From: Bryobacterales bacterium
Lineage (GTDB): Bacteria > Acidobacteriota > Terriglobia > Bryobacterales > Bryobacteraceae
DNA: 64,000 nt
NCBI GenBank assembly: GCA_963798455.1
Contig: CAWCTD010000004.1
Span: 170,708-234,707 of the forward strand
Direction of reading: 5' to 3'
The position numbers and the translations under genes were made by a program. Every line of letters begins with the position of its first letter. The first letter of the stretch is position 1. Below the pieces are notes generated by a model. It did not search any database. It saw only the letters and a program-made list of their open reading frames with translations, and was not told where the DNA came from. Shown in pieces: positions 1-9,624 of the stretch.

Positions 1-106
1 CGTAAGCGCCGTGATGTTTGTCGTGATGGATCTCCATGGTCATCCTGTCGATGTACGGCTCGAGCGCATCGGACGCGTAAGGCAGGCCGGGCAGTGTGAA
101 TGGCAT
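1..106 (-). CDS. Fe/Mn superoxide dismutase, N-terminal 35 codons only (gene continues beyond window start)
   Basis: Reverse-complement of 1..106 translates [35 protein letters not shown], which matches the SodA/SodB N-terminus (ALEPxID..TMEIHHxKHH). The ATG is the complement of 104-106. Confidence 0.6.
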   Translation of the reverse strand, partial: MPFTLPGLPYASDALEPYIDRMTMEIHHDKHHGAY

Positions 107-170
107 CTTGTTCTCCTACTGCAAGGGATGCGCGTCGGGTGTGCGGGGATTCTTGGCGGAAGAAGCCGGT

Positions 171-1613
171 TCAGCCTTCGACGCCGCCGGCCTTCTCGAA
201 CGCGCCGGCCAGGCGGAGCATGCCGGCCTCATCGAAATGCCGGGTGAGAATCTGCATGCCGACGGGCAGGCCGGAGGGCGTCTTGCCGCAGGGAACACTC
301 ATGCAAGGGATTCCGGCCAGCGAGCCGGTGATGGTGTAGATGTCCGAGAGGTACATCTCCAGCGGGTCATCGATTTTCTCGCCCAGCTTGAACGCCGGGA
401 AGGGAGAGACGGGCGTGACGATTGCGTCCACCTGCTGGAAGGCGCGCGCAAAATCCCGTGCGATCAGCGCCCGGACCCTCTGGGCTTTTAGATAGTAGGC
501 GTCATAGTATCCCGCGCTCAGGACATAGGTGCCGAGCATGATCCGCCGCTTGCATTCGGCCCCGAAGCCTTCCCCGCGAGTAGAGCGGTACATGTCGATC
601 AAGCTAGCCGGGTCCTTCGTCCGGGTGGTGTAGCGGACCCCGTCGTAGCGGGCCAGGTTCGAGCTCGCCTCGGCGGTGCAGATGACGTAGTAGGAGGCGA
701 TGGCGTACTCGGTGGCCGGCAGGCTGATCTCGCTGACCTCGCAGCCCAGCTTCTTCAGCGTTTCGACTCCGCGCAGGATCAGGTCTCCCGTCTCGCTGGC
801 CAGCCCCTGGAAATACTCCCGAGGCAAGCCGACTCGGACACCTTTGACCTTTCCGTCGAGCAGGCTGACGTAGTCCGGGATCGGGGCGAACGCCGAGGTG
901 GAGTCCATCTCGTCGCGTCCGGCGATCACCTGGAGCAGCAACGCCGCGTCTCTTGTGGTTCTGGCGAACGGGCCGATGTGATCCAGGCTGCTGGCGAAGG
1001 CGATCAGGCCGTAGCGCGAGACGCGGCCGTATGTCGGAGTAACGCCGGTGACGCCGCAGAAAGAGGCGGGCTGGCGGATCGAGCCGCCCGTGTCCGACCC
1101 CAGCGCGACGACGGCGGTGCCCTGCGCCACAACGGCGCCCGATCCGCCGCTCGAGCCTCCCGGCACGCGATCCAGAGCCGCTGGATTCCGGACCGGGCCG
1201 AACGCGGAGTTCTCCGTGGATGACCCCATGGCGAACTCGTCGCAGTTGGTCTTGCCGAGGATCACCCCGCCGGCCTGTTCCAGGCGAATCACCGCGGTGG
1301 CGTCGTAAGGCGGGACATAGTGCGCCAGCAGCCTGGACCCCGCCGTGGTACGCACTCCCTGGGTCAGAATCACGTCCTTCACCGCGACGGGCACGCCCGC
1401 CAGCGGGCCGGCGTTCTCGCCATGGGCCAGTTTCGCGTCTACCCGCCGAGCCGCCTCCAGCGCGCGGTCCGGACAGAAGTGGAGGTACGCGTTTGTCTTG
1501 GGGTTCTCGGCTTCGGCGAAGCGCAATGCCTCGCGAGCAAGTTCCTCCGCGCTGAAGCGGCGGGTTCGAAGGCCCTCCTGGACCAGGTCCACCGTCAGAA
1601 AGGCGATGTCCAT
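171..1613 (-). CDS. gatA: Glu-tRNA(Gln) amidotransferase subunit A
   Basis: 480-aa ORF with the amidase signature GGSSGGS and the GatA-typical DEFAMGSSTENS motif. It lies directly downstream of gatC. Confidence 0.93.
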   Translation of the reverse strand: MDIAFLTVDLVQEGLRTRRFSAEELAREALRFAEAENPKTNAYLHFCPDRALEAARRVDAKLAHGENAGPLAGVPVAVKDVILTQGVRTTAGSRLLAHYVPPYDATAVIRLEQAGGVILGKTNCDEFAMGSSTENSAFGPVRNPAALDRVPGGSSGGSGAVVAQGTAVVALGSDTGGSIRQPASFCGVTGVTPTYGRVSRYGLIAFASSLDHIGPFARTTRDAALLLQVIAGRDEMDSTSAFAPIPDYVSLLDGKVKGVRVGLPREYFQGLASETGDLILRGVETLKKLGCEVSEISLPATEYAIASYYVICTAEASSNLARYDGVRYTTRTKDPASLIDMYRSTRGEGFGAECKRRIMLGTYVLSAGYYDAYYLKAQRVRALIARDFARAFQQVDAIVTPVSPFPAFKLGEKIDDPLEMYLSDIYTITGSLAGIPCMSVPCGKTPSGLPVGMQILTRHFDEAGMLRLAGAFEKAGGVEG

Positions 1614-1618
1614 GCGCG

Positions 1619-1918
1619 CTACCTCTCGATCACCAAGGGCACTTTGAAGTAACCCGACCCAGCCATCGGCGCGTTCGCCAAGGCGTCTTCGTTCGCCAGC
1701 GCCGGCCGCTCGCGGTCCTCGCGCAGCGTGGCGGTTTCCTCGGCGTCGTAGAGAACCTGCGCCATGGGCTCGACGCTGGTTGTGTCGAGTTCGTTGAGTT
1801 TGTCCATGTGCGCCAGGATCTCGTCCAGATCGGCCCGCAGCTTGCGGACCTCCTCATCGGAGAGTTTCAGGTTGGCCAGGTCAGCCACGTAGCGGACCTG
1901 CTGTTCGGTGATCTTCAC
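1619..1918 (-). CDS. gatC: Asp/Glu-tRNA amidotransferase subunit C
   Basis: 99-aa ORF starting MKITEQQVRYVADLANLKLSDEEV, a GatC-like N-terminus. It sits 6 nt upstream of gatA. Confidence 0.88.
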   Translation of the reverse strand: MKITEQQVRYVADLANLKLSDEEVRKLRADLDEILAHMDKLNELDTTSVEPMAQVLYDAEETATLREDRERPALANEDALANAPMAGSGYFKVPLVIER

Positions 1919-2310
1919 GCGGACCTCCTCCGGCGCTGCTGCCTGTAAATGGTTCTCAGAACCGGATCCGGGATCTGGTCCGCGTCATCCTGGCCTTGGC
2001 GAGGCTCGGCGGCGCGCTGGGGCAGCCTGCGGCGCGGGGATACCCGAAACTCGACGTCCTTCACCGCGCCCTGCCCCAGGACTTCCGCCAGTTTCTTCAG
2101 AATCTGGCCCTTCAGCACGGTGAGCTGGCGCTGCCAGATCGCGTCCTCCACTTCGACGCGGAGGCGGCCCCCGGCGAGGTAAACCGCACGTGTGCGGGCG
2201 GCGATCTTCTTGCCGACCGCCGCGGGCCACCCGGCGCAGGCCAGTTCCTCAACCGACACTGTGCCCGCGGGGAGTCCCAACTTTGAAATCAGTCTGCCGG
2301 CGCGCTCCAT
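1915..2310 (-). CDS. DUF721 (DciA-like) family protein
   Basis: 131-aa ORF with the W..AVG..IA..T....L..G.L.V DUF721 pattern. Its stop overlaps the gatC start (ATGA). Confidence 0.55.
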   Translation of the reverse strand: MERAGRLISKLGLPAGTVSVEELACAGWPAAVGKKIAARTRAVYLAGGRLRVEVEDAIWQRQLTVLKGQILKKLAEVLGQGAVKDVEFRVSPRRRLPQRAAEPRQGQDDADQIPDPVLRTIYRQQRRRRSA

Positions 2311-2719
2311 GGCGGGGAAAACGGTTCATTGTACCATGCAGGTATGCTGGTTCTGGCTTCGCAATCGCCGCGCCGCACAGCGAAAGGGCGCACGGCACCA
2401 AAGGCTCTTCCAGAGGGGCCAGCCGCAGCGCCCTCGCGCGGAGGACGCCTGTGGCCGATGTTGACTGGATGAAGACCGTGGTCACGACGAATACGGACAC
2501 CCGCGGTTCGACACGGTGCGGTCCCCGCTTGGCGAGCTCGTGTGCCGCCTGAGGTATCGACGGGATCGGACGGGCCTGCAGGAATTAGTTGAGGCCGCCG
2601 GACTTCTGAGGGATTGGGGCGTGAAGGTCGATGCCCTTGTGCCGGTACCTCCGTCCTGGGCTGGCAGGAAGTCCCGACGGGTGCCGTTCAACAGTATTTC
2701 GCGGCAAGTGGATACCGGA

Positions 2720-3111
2720 ATATGACCGTGTTCTGTGCCGGCTGGTGTAGGAACAACGTCGGAGGTTGGCCCGCGCGCAAGGTTCAGGCCGAATCGCCAC
2801 GACACGACTTCGCCTATTACGCCGCGAAAGATGGGGTCATGGCGCAGGAGGCGAGGTGCGGGGCGATGCTATGGGATGGCAGGAGCAGGGGCACGCTGCA
2901 TAACATCCTGAACCTGATCCGCGCCGGCAAGAAGACGTTGGTTTACCTGGCTCCGGAGAAGGCGTTTCATAAGTTGGACGACGAGAAGGATCTCCAGATG
3001 CTGCTCGCTCGGTGTGACCCGCGCATTATCGCGCGGGCTGAGGGGAAGCTGGACGTTGCCGCGACGTCCCGGCCCCAGCGCAAGCCGTACGTGGCGCCGG
3101 CGCAAGTGTAA
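2720..3111 (+). CDS. hypothetical protein (start uncertain; ORF is open from 2614)
   Basis: The protein-like C-terminal half (LHNILNLIRAGKKTLVYLAPEKAFHKLDDEKDLQMLLARCDP) gave no family recognition. Confidence 0.3.
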
Positions 3112-3384
3112 GGGTCGGGCACGCCCGGCCCACGTATCCTTGTAAGCAATGGATTGGGTGTGAGTTGTAAGAAATCGGCTTCGATGGTTGTGCCGCTGGC
3201 CAGCCTGCTTCTCCCACGGGAGGAATTCGCAGTCGCTGGAGTTTTGGGGTTGCGTAGCCTGTCCCCGAAACTACATTCATTTAGACCCCGCGCTCAGTCC
3301 TTCGTTCGATATTAACCGCTCGTCACGGATGTTACGCTCAGGCTGTAAGTGCGAATGCACATCCCAGGGAAAGGAGAACGAACG

Positions 3385-3576
3385 ATGAAAAGATTGATTC
3401 ACTGGACCTTATCCAGAAAATTCTGGCGGGATACGCAAGGGCAGGATCTGATCGAGTATGCCCTGATGGTCGGGTTTGTGGCCGTGGCCGCAGGGGCGAT
3501 CATGCCTGGCGTTTCAACCAGCATCAGTACTATTTTCAGCAAGATCGGCAGCGTACTGGACGTCGCCGCCGGCTAG
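3385..3576 (+). CDS. flp: Flp family type IVb pilin
   Basis: 63-aa product MKRLIHW...GQDLIEYALMVGFVAVAAGAIMP carries the Flp motif (G/xxxxEY) and a hydrophobic stretch. AGGAGAA RBS at 3371-3377. No tad/cpa genes nearby. Confidence 0.8.
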   Translation: MKRLIHWTLSRKFWRDTQGQDLIEYALMVGFVAVAAGAIMPGVSTSISTIFSKIGSVLDVAAG

Positions 3577-3632
3577 ACATGTCGCGACTCCACCCGGCGG
3601 TCGGCACGAACCTCTCGATCGCCGGCGCATTC

Positions 3633-4913
3633 TTATATCCGCCCGGCCTCCAGTTCCCGTAGGTTGGGCAGGTCTCCTTCCGCGTCGAACGGAAGTTGCA
3701 GGGGCGGGGAGACAACCTCCAGTGCCGGGCTCTTCCGGATCTCGCCAAGCAGGTTCTCGCTGAGCCCTAGGACGCCTAGTCGCAGCGTGTCGCTAATCCA
3801 GCCTATCGTCATCTGAGTTGGATCTGCTCGTCCGACCGTCATCGCGATGCTTTCCAAACACTGGCGGTCGGTCGGGAAATGCATGGGGGTCCTGGTGCCC
3901 GCCGGGTTGCCCGCGGTGAGCCCGTTCAGGTAGGTTGCTCGCCAGTTGATCTTCCCCAGAAGCCGGTCGGAGATGATGTCCGCCATTCCGACTCCGATGG
4001 CATTCCCGTCGCTGTGGGGACTTAGATCGCGCACGTAGATCCGGCGAATCTCCGGCAGGCCGGGGAAGCAATTGAAGAGCCCTTCAATGTTGCGATTCAC
4101 TACCTTGGTATCCATCCCCGTGCCGCTGATGCTCTTGCCCATCTGGTCCACGATCAGAAGGTCCAGGAAATCGACCGGGATACGGGCCATCCATGACTTG
4201 ACCTGCTCCAGGAGTTCGGCTTCCCGCTCCTCCAGTACCTCCGTAGGGAGCGCGGCCACCCGCGCCGTGCCGTGGCGGGCGTCTTCCAGGATGGCCAGCC
4301 CGCCCAGGAGCTTCCCCGACCTGGCGACTTGGCGGAAGGCGCTTCGAATCACCCGCTCGAGTCCCAGGCTCACGCCGGCAACGTGATACTGGTGAGCCCC
4401 GGCCAGCTTGCCGGCGCCGATGGCCGCCATCTTGACCAGCCCGCTCTCGGTCTTCCCGGTGAAGTCCGTGTGCCACTTGACGCGGCCGACCAGCATCACG
4501 CCATCGCTCTCAAAGGCCTGCCGATCCATGAAGGTCTCGATGCCCTCTGGCGTGAGGCCAGTCGGGACCACCTCCAAAGAGCTGATGATGGGGCAAGCCA
4601 TGGCCGATTCGGTGATGCCGTAGCCGGCCAGAACCTCGGCCTGGCCCTCGGCCGTGGCCGACCCGTGGCTTCCCATCGCGGGAAAAACGAAGGGCTTACA
4701 GCCGTGAGCGTGCCAGTACTCGACCACGGCCCTGACAATAGCCGCAATGTTGGCGATGCCCCGGCTCCCGGCTCCGATGGCGATCCTGCCTCCGGCTCTG
4801 ACCCTTCCGGCGAAATCCGCCTGTTCGAGCTGGCTTCGTACCTCGCCGGGAATGTCCTTGAGGCTGCGGTCGGTAAGGTCTTGCCGGACCAGGCAGATGC
4901 GCGGGAAGTTCAC
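3633..4913 (-). CDS. conserved hypothetical protein, possibly LarA-like/DUF2088 (low confidence on family)
   Basis: 426-aa ORF with coding-like composition. I could not verify any catalytic motif. Confidence 0.4.
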   Translation of the reverse strand: MNFPRICLVRQDLTDRSLKDIPGEVRSQLEQADFAGRVRAGGRIAIGAGSRGIANIAAIVRAVVEYWHAHGCKPFVFPAMGSHGSATAEGQAEVLAGYGITESAMACPIISSLEVVPTGLTPEGIETFMDRQAFESDGVMLVGRVKWHTDFTGKTESGLVKMAAIGAGKLAGAHQYHVAGVSLGLERVIRSAFRQVARSGKLLGGLAILEDARHGTARVAALPTEVLEEREAELLEQVKSWMARIPVDFLDLLIVDQMGKSISGTGMDTKVVNRNIEGLFNCFPGLPEIRRIYVRDLSPHSDGNAIGVGMADIISDRLLGKINWRATYLNGLTAGNPAGTRTPMHFPTDRQCLESIAMTVGRADPTQMTIGWISDTLRLGVLGLSENLLGEIRKSPALEVVSPPLQLPFDAEGDLPNLRELEAGRI

Positions 4914-4950
4914 GCCCTGATTATATCAACGCGATTCCGGCCGGGCGCGG

Positions 4951-5472
4951 TCACCCGGTCCCCCATTCCTTCTCCAGGAGCCGCGCATATTCGCCTGAGG
5001 CATAGAGCTCGAACTGAAAGTCGGCGGCACGGAGCTTCGGGGAAGCCGCGCTCTGACAGCGGCACTCAAACAGACAGTCGGTGTAGCGATGATGATAGCG
5101 CAGGAAAGCATCGGCGAGGTTCTCGCGCTCCGGAACCGTCGCGAACACCACGTGCAAAGCCAGCGCACGCCGGAAGATGACCTTGTAGTCCACTACACCC
5201 CACCGCTGCAGCTTTTCACGGACCGGGCTGGGAGCGTCGTCCATCAGCAGCGCGGCGAAACTCTCCGGCTCGATTGCCGCGGCGCGGAGCTCGTCGTCGC
5301 GCTCCACCACCTCCATGCACTGCTCCAGCCAGCGAGAGAGGTCCTTGCCCACATAGAACAGCATCTTGACCTCGCTGTATCGGCCATCCAGTACCCGGCG
5401 GTCCAGTTCCTCCTGGCTCAGGTCCTCCGCGGGCAACAGGCCGTGCAGGATCAGGCTCGCACGCGCGCTCAT
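4951..5472 (-). CDS. hypothetical protein
   Basis: ORF 4951..5577; start trimmed to MSARASLIL (ATG is the complement of 5470-5472). No recognised domain. Confidence 0.45.
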   Translation of the reverse strand: MSARASLILHGLLPAEDLSQEELDRRVLDGRYSEVKMLFYVGKDLSRWLEQCMEVVERDDELRAAAIEPESFAALLMDDAPSPVREKLQRWGVVDYKVIFRRALALHVVFATVPERENLADAFLRYHHRYTDCLFECRCQSAASPKLRAADFQFELYASGEYARLLEKEWGTG

Positions 5473-5606
5473 GGTCAGCCGGTCGGGCGCTTGGGGATCT
5501 GAGAATGGGTGCAGGATCAGCGGAGGCAGCTTTCGGCACGACTGGAAGGAGCGGGCAGACGGATGCGTTCCCATCACTAGACTATCGTCCGGAATTGCCT
5601 CGGAGA

Positions 5607-7118
5607 TTAGCGCGACGGCTTCACGTATCGCGGCCGTCCATCCGCTTCCAGCAGCCGCTCGGCCACCGACCCGATGAAGCCGACCAGTCGCGCACCCGCC
5701 GGCGCGTCGATCTTGTCCCAGGTGTCACGCGGGGTGTGATAGTCCGGGTGCAAGCCAGTGAAAAAGAACAGGATGGGGATCTTCTTGGGCAGGAAGGAAA
5801 ACTGATCGCTCGATCCATAGCCGTCGTTGTCGGAGGTGTCCAACTTGAGCCGTGCCTCCCGGTTGACCTCCTCCATGACTTTTCGGAAGTCCGACCCCGT
5901 GGCAGCTCCCCCTACGTATACTTCGCCGTCGCGCAGCCTGCCGATCATGTCCATGTTGATCATGGCGATGGCTTTCGCCAGCGGCAGCAGCGGACTGTCC
6001 ACGTAATGGTTGGAACCGACCAGGCCGATCTCTTCTCCGGCGAACGCCAGAAACAAAATCCCGCGCCGCTGCTCCGGCTGTTTGGCGAACCAGCGGCCCA
6101 GCTCGATGACCCCGGATGTCCCCGAAGCATTGTCGTCAGCGCCGGGGTGGACCGTTCCTTTCATGGCGGGGGCCATGGAAAACTGCTCTCCCAGCCCGAC
6201 GTGGTCGTAGTGGGCGCCGATAATCAGGTACTCTGCGCTCCGGCCAGGCAAATATCCGGCCACGTTCTGAACCAGGCGTGACTGCTGCCGGACGTCCGCC
6301 GACAGCTCCACCCGCAGGGAGCCGGGCAGCGCGAACGATCGCGGCCGGAGGTTTCGATCGATGGCGCTCACCGCCTCTTCGAGGGAATGCCCGCCCAGCC
6401 GAAGCCAGTGATCGGCCACATCCGCCTTCACCTGGACGAAAGGAATTCCAGCGCAGGGCGGCCCCGGGTTTCGGGAGAACTCCGCCAGTTCGTCGGGTTC
6501 GCTGGGATGCGTGGGCTGGTCGTTGGTGAACAGGACCGCGCGGGCACCGTGGAGCTTGGCGTTGAGCGCCTTGCTTTCGATCTGCGCGTGATCGGTGTAT
6601 ATCTTTCCACTGAAAACGCTCTCAGGGTCGAACTCCCGCGGCTCGTGCCGCAGCACCAAGACCAGCTTGTCCTTGACGTTCAGGCCCGCGTAATCGTCGT
6701 AGCCGTACTCGGGCGCGGTGATGCCGTAGCCGGCGAAAACAACCTCTCCCGAGACACTGCCGCTGGCCGAGAAGCTGAACGGACGGAATTCCTCGTCCAA
6801 CTTGAGGCTGATCCTCCTCGGACCCTCCCAGTAGCCGAGCTGGTTTGCCTCTCCCGGGCTGGCATCCACGATGATCGGAAACGAGTGGAGGTAGCCATCG
6901 CCTCCGACAGGTTGAAGCCCGAAGGCCCGGAACTGCCCCGCGATGAACTCCGCGGCTGCGTCGAGTTCCGGCCTGCCGTCCGCCCGGCCTTGCATCTGCT
7001 CCGAGGCCAGGACCTTGATGTTCTCCAGGAACCTTGACGCATCGATGTCCGCCGCGTCGGCCAGGCACGCCACGGCCGCCAGGACGATCACTGGGAGAAT
7101 CGGCTTGCGCAGTCTCAC
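5607..7118 (-). CDS. secreted M28 family peptidase (aminopeptidase) with PA domain
   Basis: 503 aa with a signal peptide (MRLRKPILPVIVLAAVACLA). M28 zinc-binding motifs are present (HYDHVG, GADDNASG, GEE, MDM, DYHTPRD). Confidence 0.85.
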   Translation of the reverse strand: MRLRKPILPVIVLAAVACLADAADIDASRFLENIKVLASEQMQGRADGRPELDAAAEFIAGQFRAFGLQPVGGDGYLHSFPIIVDASPGEANQLGYWEGPRRISLKLDEEFRPFSFSASGSVSGEVVFAGYGITAPEYGYDDYAGLNVKDKLVLVLRHEPREFDPESVFSGKIYTDHAQIESKALNAKLHGARAVLFTNDQPTHPSEPDELAEFSRNPGPPCAGIPFVQVKADVADHWLRLGGHSLEEAVSAIDRNLRPRSFALPGSLRVELSADVRQQSRLVQNVAGYLPGRSAEYLIIGAHYDHVGLGEQFSMAPAMKGTVHPGADDNASGTSGVIELGRWFAKQPEQRRGILFLAFAGEEIGLVGSNHYVDSPLLPLAKAIAMINMDMIGRLRDGEVYVGGAATGSDFRKVMEEVNREARLKLDTSDNDGYGSSDQFSFLPKKIPILFFFTGLHPDYHTPRDTWDKIDAPAGARLVGFIGSVAERLLEADGRPRYVKPSR

Positions 7119-7128
7119 GCCGTCCCCT

Positions 7129-8097
7129 CTATTTCTTGGGTAGCGGTGAGGGCAGCGACACCTCGCAGCAGGCTTGGTCGCCGGCGTTCTTAGCCGTCTT
7201 CTGGTACTGGAGTTCGTTGTCGATGATGCTCTTCAATTGAGGCCAACTGCTTTGCGAGGAAAGGCGGCGGCCGTTGACGAACAGTGTCGGGGTCCCGGTC
7301 ACCTGGAGCGCTTTGCCGAGCGCCAGCGAGTCGTTCACTTCCCTCTCCGTGTCTTTGCTATCGATGCAGCGGCCCAGTCCCAGAACTTCGAGCTGGTCTT
7401 TCTGAGCGAACTCCATGACCTTTGCCCGCAGGTTCTCCGGCTTGATCTGGTCCTGCTGCGCGAATATCCAGTCGTGGAAGCGCCAGAACGCGTCCGGGTT
7501 CTGCTGGTACACGCAACGCCCGGCAATCGCGGCCGCCTTGGCCCACGGGTGGATCTGCTCCAGCGGGAACTCCTTGAGGTAGAGGCGCACTTGCTTGGGA
7601 TAGGTTGCGAGCAGGTTCTGGCGCAGCATGGCCGCCTCTTCGCGGCAGTAAGGGCACTCGAAATCCGTGAACAGGACCAGGACGACGGGCGCGCCGGGTG
7701 TGCCCAGACTAGGGCCGTCCACGCCGTTCAGCTTGGACAAGTCCGAGTGGAACGGGTTTTGGCGGATGTCGTACACAGTCCCCTGGATGATTCTCTGGCC
7801 ATCCTGTGAGATCAGAAACTGCTGCTCCACGCTCTGTCCCCCCGCCGAGGCGCGGACCGTCACTTCGCTCAGCCCGCTGATCCCCGAGGGCTTCGCGTCT
7901 CCGAGCTCCACTTTGACGTCCGGGCCCCATGCGAACAGATGCCGGATGTAGGTCTCCAGGGCCGTTTTGTCAAAGGCTGACGTGGCGGGTGCCGGGATCG
8001 TCGCCGCGTTCCTCTGGCAGGCGATGGGCAGGCAAACAAGATACAGCCCAAGCAGGGAAAAAGGCAGCCTACGCAACGAAAAACCCATACTAACCAT
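7129..8097 (-). CDS. DsbA-family thioredoxin-fold protein (thiol:disulfide interchange), lipoprotein-like signal
   Basis: The ORF is open to 8601, but the plausible start is MVSMGFSLRRLPFSLLGLYLVCLPIAC (ATG is the complement of 8095-8097). It has a CPYC active site in a thioredoxin fold. Confidence 0.78.
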   Translation of the reverse strand: MVSMGFSLRRLPFSLLGLYLVCLPIACQRNAATIPAPATSAFDKTALETYIRHLFAWGPDVKVELGDAKPSGISGLSEVTVRASAGGQSVEQQFLISQDGQRIIQGTVYDIRQNPFHSDLSKLNGVDGPSLGTPGAPVVLVLFTDFECPYCREEAAMLRQNLLATYPKQVRLYLKEFPLEQIHPWAKAAAIAGRCVYQQNPDAFWRFHDWIFAQQDQIKPENLRAKVMEFAQKDQLEVLGLGRCIDSKDTEREVNDSLALGKALQVTGTPTLFVNGRRLSSQSSWPQLKSIIDNELQYQKTAKNAGDQACCEVSLPSPLPKK

Positions 8098-8205
8098 TTT
8101 ACCGGGTCGCACCCCCCGGTTGAGAACGCGGGGGGCGCGGCGTATACTATGGGACCTGGGATTCCGAAACGGGGAAACGGGGTCTATAGCATGCCGGAAG
8201 AGGGA

Positions 8206-9588
8206 ATGAGCAAGCGCGCTTTTCTTAAGACGGCCACGGGTGCGCTTTGGGGGGCGGCGTTGTCCGCCCAGAGCATGAGCCAGAGCAGGCCTCCCAACAT
8301 CGTCTACATCAATACGGACGATCTCGGTTATGGGGACCTCGGCTGTTACGGCTCCAGCATTCGCACCCCGAATATCGACCGCATGGCAGCGCAGGGCGTA
8401 CGCTTCACCCAGTTCTATTCTGCTGGTCCGGTCTGTACGCCTTCGCGCGCCGCGCTGCTGACGGGGCGCTACCCGACCCGCTCTGGCGTGACGGCGGTCC
8501 TCACACCCGTCGACACGTGTGGCCTGCCGGCTTCGGAGACCACCATCGCCCAGACGCTCAAGCTCGCGGGCTATCGGACGATGTGCGTTGGCAAATGGCA
8601 CCTGGGAAGCCTAGCGCAGTTCCTGCCCACCAACCACGGATTCGACGAGTACTACGGCGTCCCGTACAGCAATGACATGTCGCCGTTGACGCTGCTCCAC
8701 AACACGGACGTCATCGAGAATTCGACCAACCTCACTACGTTGGCTTCGCGCTACACCGACCAGGCCGCGAAGTTCATCACGCAGTCCAGAGAGTCTCCGT
8801 TCTTCCTCTACCTGGCGCATCATATTCCCCACATCCCCTTGACGCCGTCGGACCGGTTCAACGGGGCTTCGGGGCTAGGGCCTTACGGGGACTCCGTCAT
8901 GGAACTGGACTGGAGCGTGGGGCAGGTCCTGCGCGCTCTCGCGGCCAACAAACTCAGTGAGAATACCTTGGTGATGTTCTCCAGCGACCACGGCCCCTGG
9001 TATCAGGGCAGCGCGGGCAGGTTGCGGGGCCGCAAAGGAGAAACCTACGAAGGGGGCATGCGCGTGCCGTTCATTGCGCGTTTCCCCGGCCGGATTCCCA
9101 GAGGGCTTGTCTCCCAGGGAGTCGCCTCCAGCATGGACATACTCCCGACGTTGGCTCAGCTCACGGGCGCGCCGCTTCCAAGTAACGTTCTCGACGGCGT
9201 CGACATATATCCGCTGCTTACTGGAGAGAAGGCGACGGTGGATCGGGAGCTGCTGCTCTACTTCGATGACTGGAACCTCCAGTGCGCAAGATCAGGAAAA
9301 TGGAAGCTGCACGTCTCGCGTTACAACAGCGTGGTCTGGACGCCAGATCCTCCGGGCGGCCGCTTCAATTTACCGCTCCCGAACCCGGAGCTCTACGACC
9401 TGGAGACTGACCCGGAAGAGACCTACGACGCGGCTGGGGATAATCCGCAGGTGGTGGCCAGTATACGCACTCGCTTGGAGGAATTACTCCCCACCTTCCC
9501 TGGTCCGGTGATGAACGCCTGGGTGGCCACCATGAGCATGAAGGTCCGAGGCGGCCCCGCGGGAGCGCTCCCCGTGCGAGTGGCATAG
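8206..9588 (+). CDS. Cys-type sulfatase (arylsulfatase family)
   Basis: It has the sulfatase signature C-T-P-S-R-A-A-L-L-T-G-R (formylglycine site), a GKWHLG motif and a signal peptide (MSKRAFLKTATGALWGAALSAQS). GAAGAGGGA RBS before 8206. Alternative starts at 8149 and 8191. Confidence 0.88.
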   Translation: MSKRAFLKTATGALWGAALSAQSMSQSRPPNIVYINTDDLGYGDLGCYGSSIRTPNIDRMAAQGVRFTQFYSAGPVCTPSRAALLTGRYPTRSGVTAVLTPVDTCGLPASETTIAQTLKLAGYRTMCVGKWHLGSLAQFLPTNHGFDEYYGVPYSNDMSPLTLLHNTDVIENSTNLTTLASRYTDQAAKFITQSRESPFFLYLAHHIPHIPLTPSDRFNGASGLGPYGDSVMELDWSVGQVLRALAANKLSENTLVMFSSDHGPWYQGSAGRLRGRKGETYEGGMRVPFIARFPGRIPRGLVSQGVASSMDILPTLAQLTGAPLPSNVLDGVDIYPLLTGEKATVDRELLLYFDDWNLQCARSGKWKLHVSRYNSVVWTPDPPGGRFNLPLPNPELYDLETDPEETYDAAGDNPQVVASIRTRLEELLPTFPGPVMNAWVATMSMKVRGGPAGALPVRVA

Positions 9589-9624
9589 ACCGTCAGGCAG
9601 CCATGCCAGCGCGCGGGGACGGTC
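9588..9624. terminator. candidate bidirectional hairpin between convergent stop codons (gaccgtc...gacggtc)
   Basis: A 7-bp inverted repeat (9588-9594 / 9618-9624) exactly fills the 36-nt gap between the sulfatase stop and the ASST-like gene stop. No U-tract. Confidence 0.3.

Noticed and set aside
96-491. 131-aa plus-strand ORF (and the 100..339 and 116..298 ORFs) at the window start
   Set aside because: It lies entirely antisense to gatA and to the sod N-terminus. The Ala/Arg/Gly-rich translation is typical of spurious ORFs in high-GC DNA.
8098-8140. GC-rich hairpin (ccccccg...cgggggg) in the dsbA-like/sulfatase divergent spacer
   Set aside because: A short 6-7-bp stem in 65%-GC DNA is expected by chance, and there is no supporting context.
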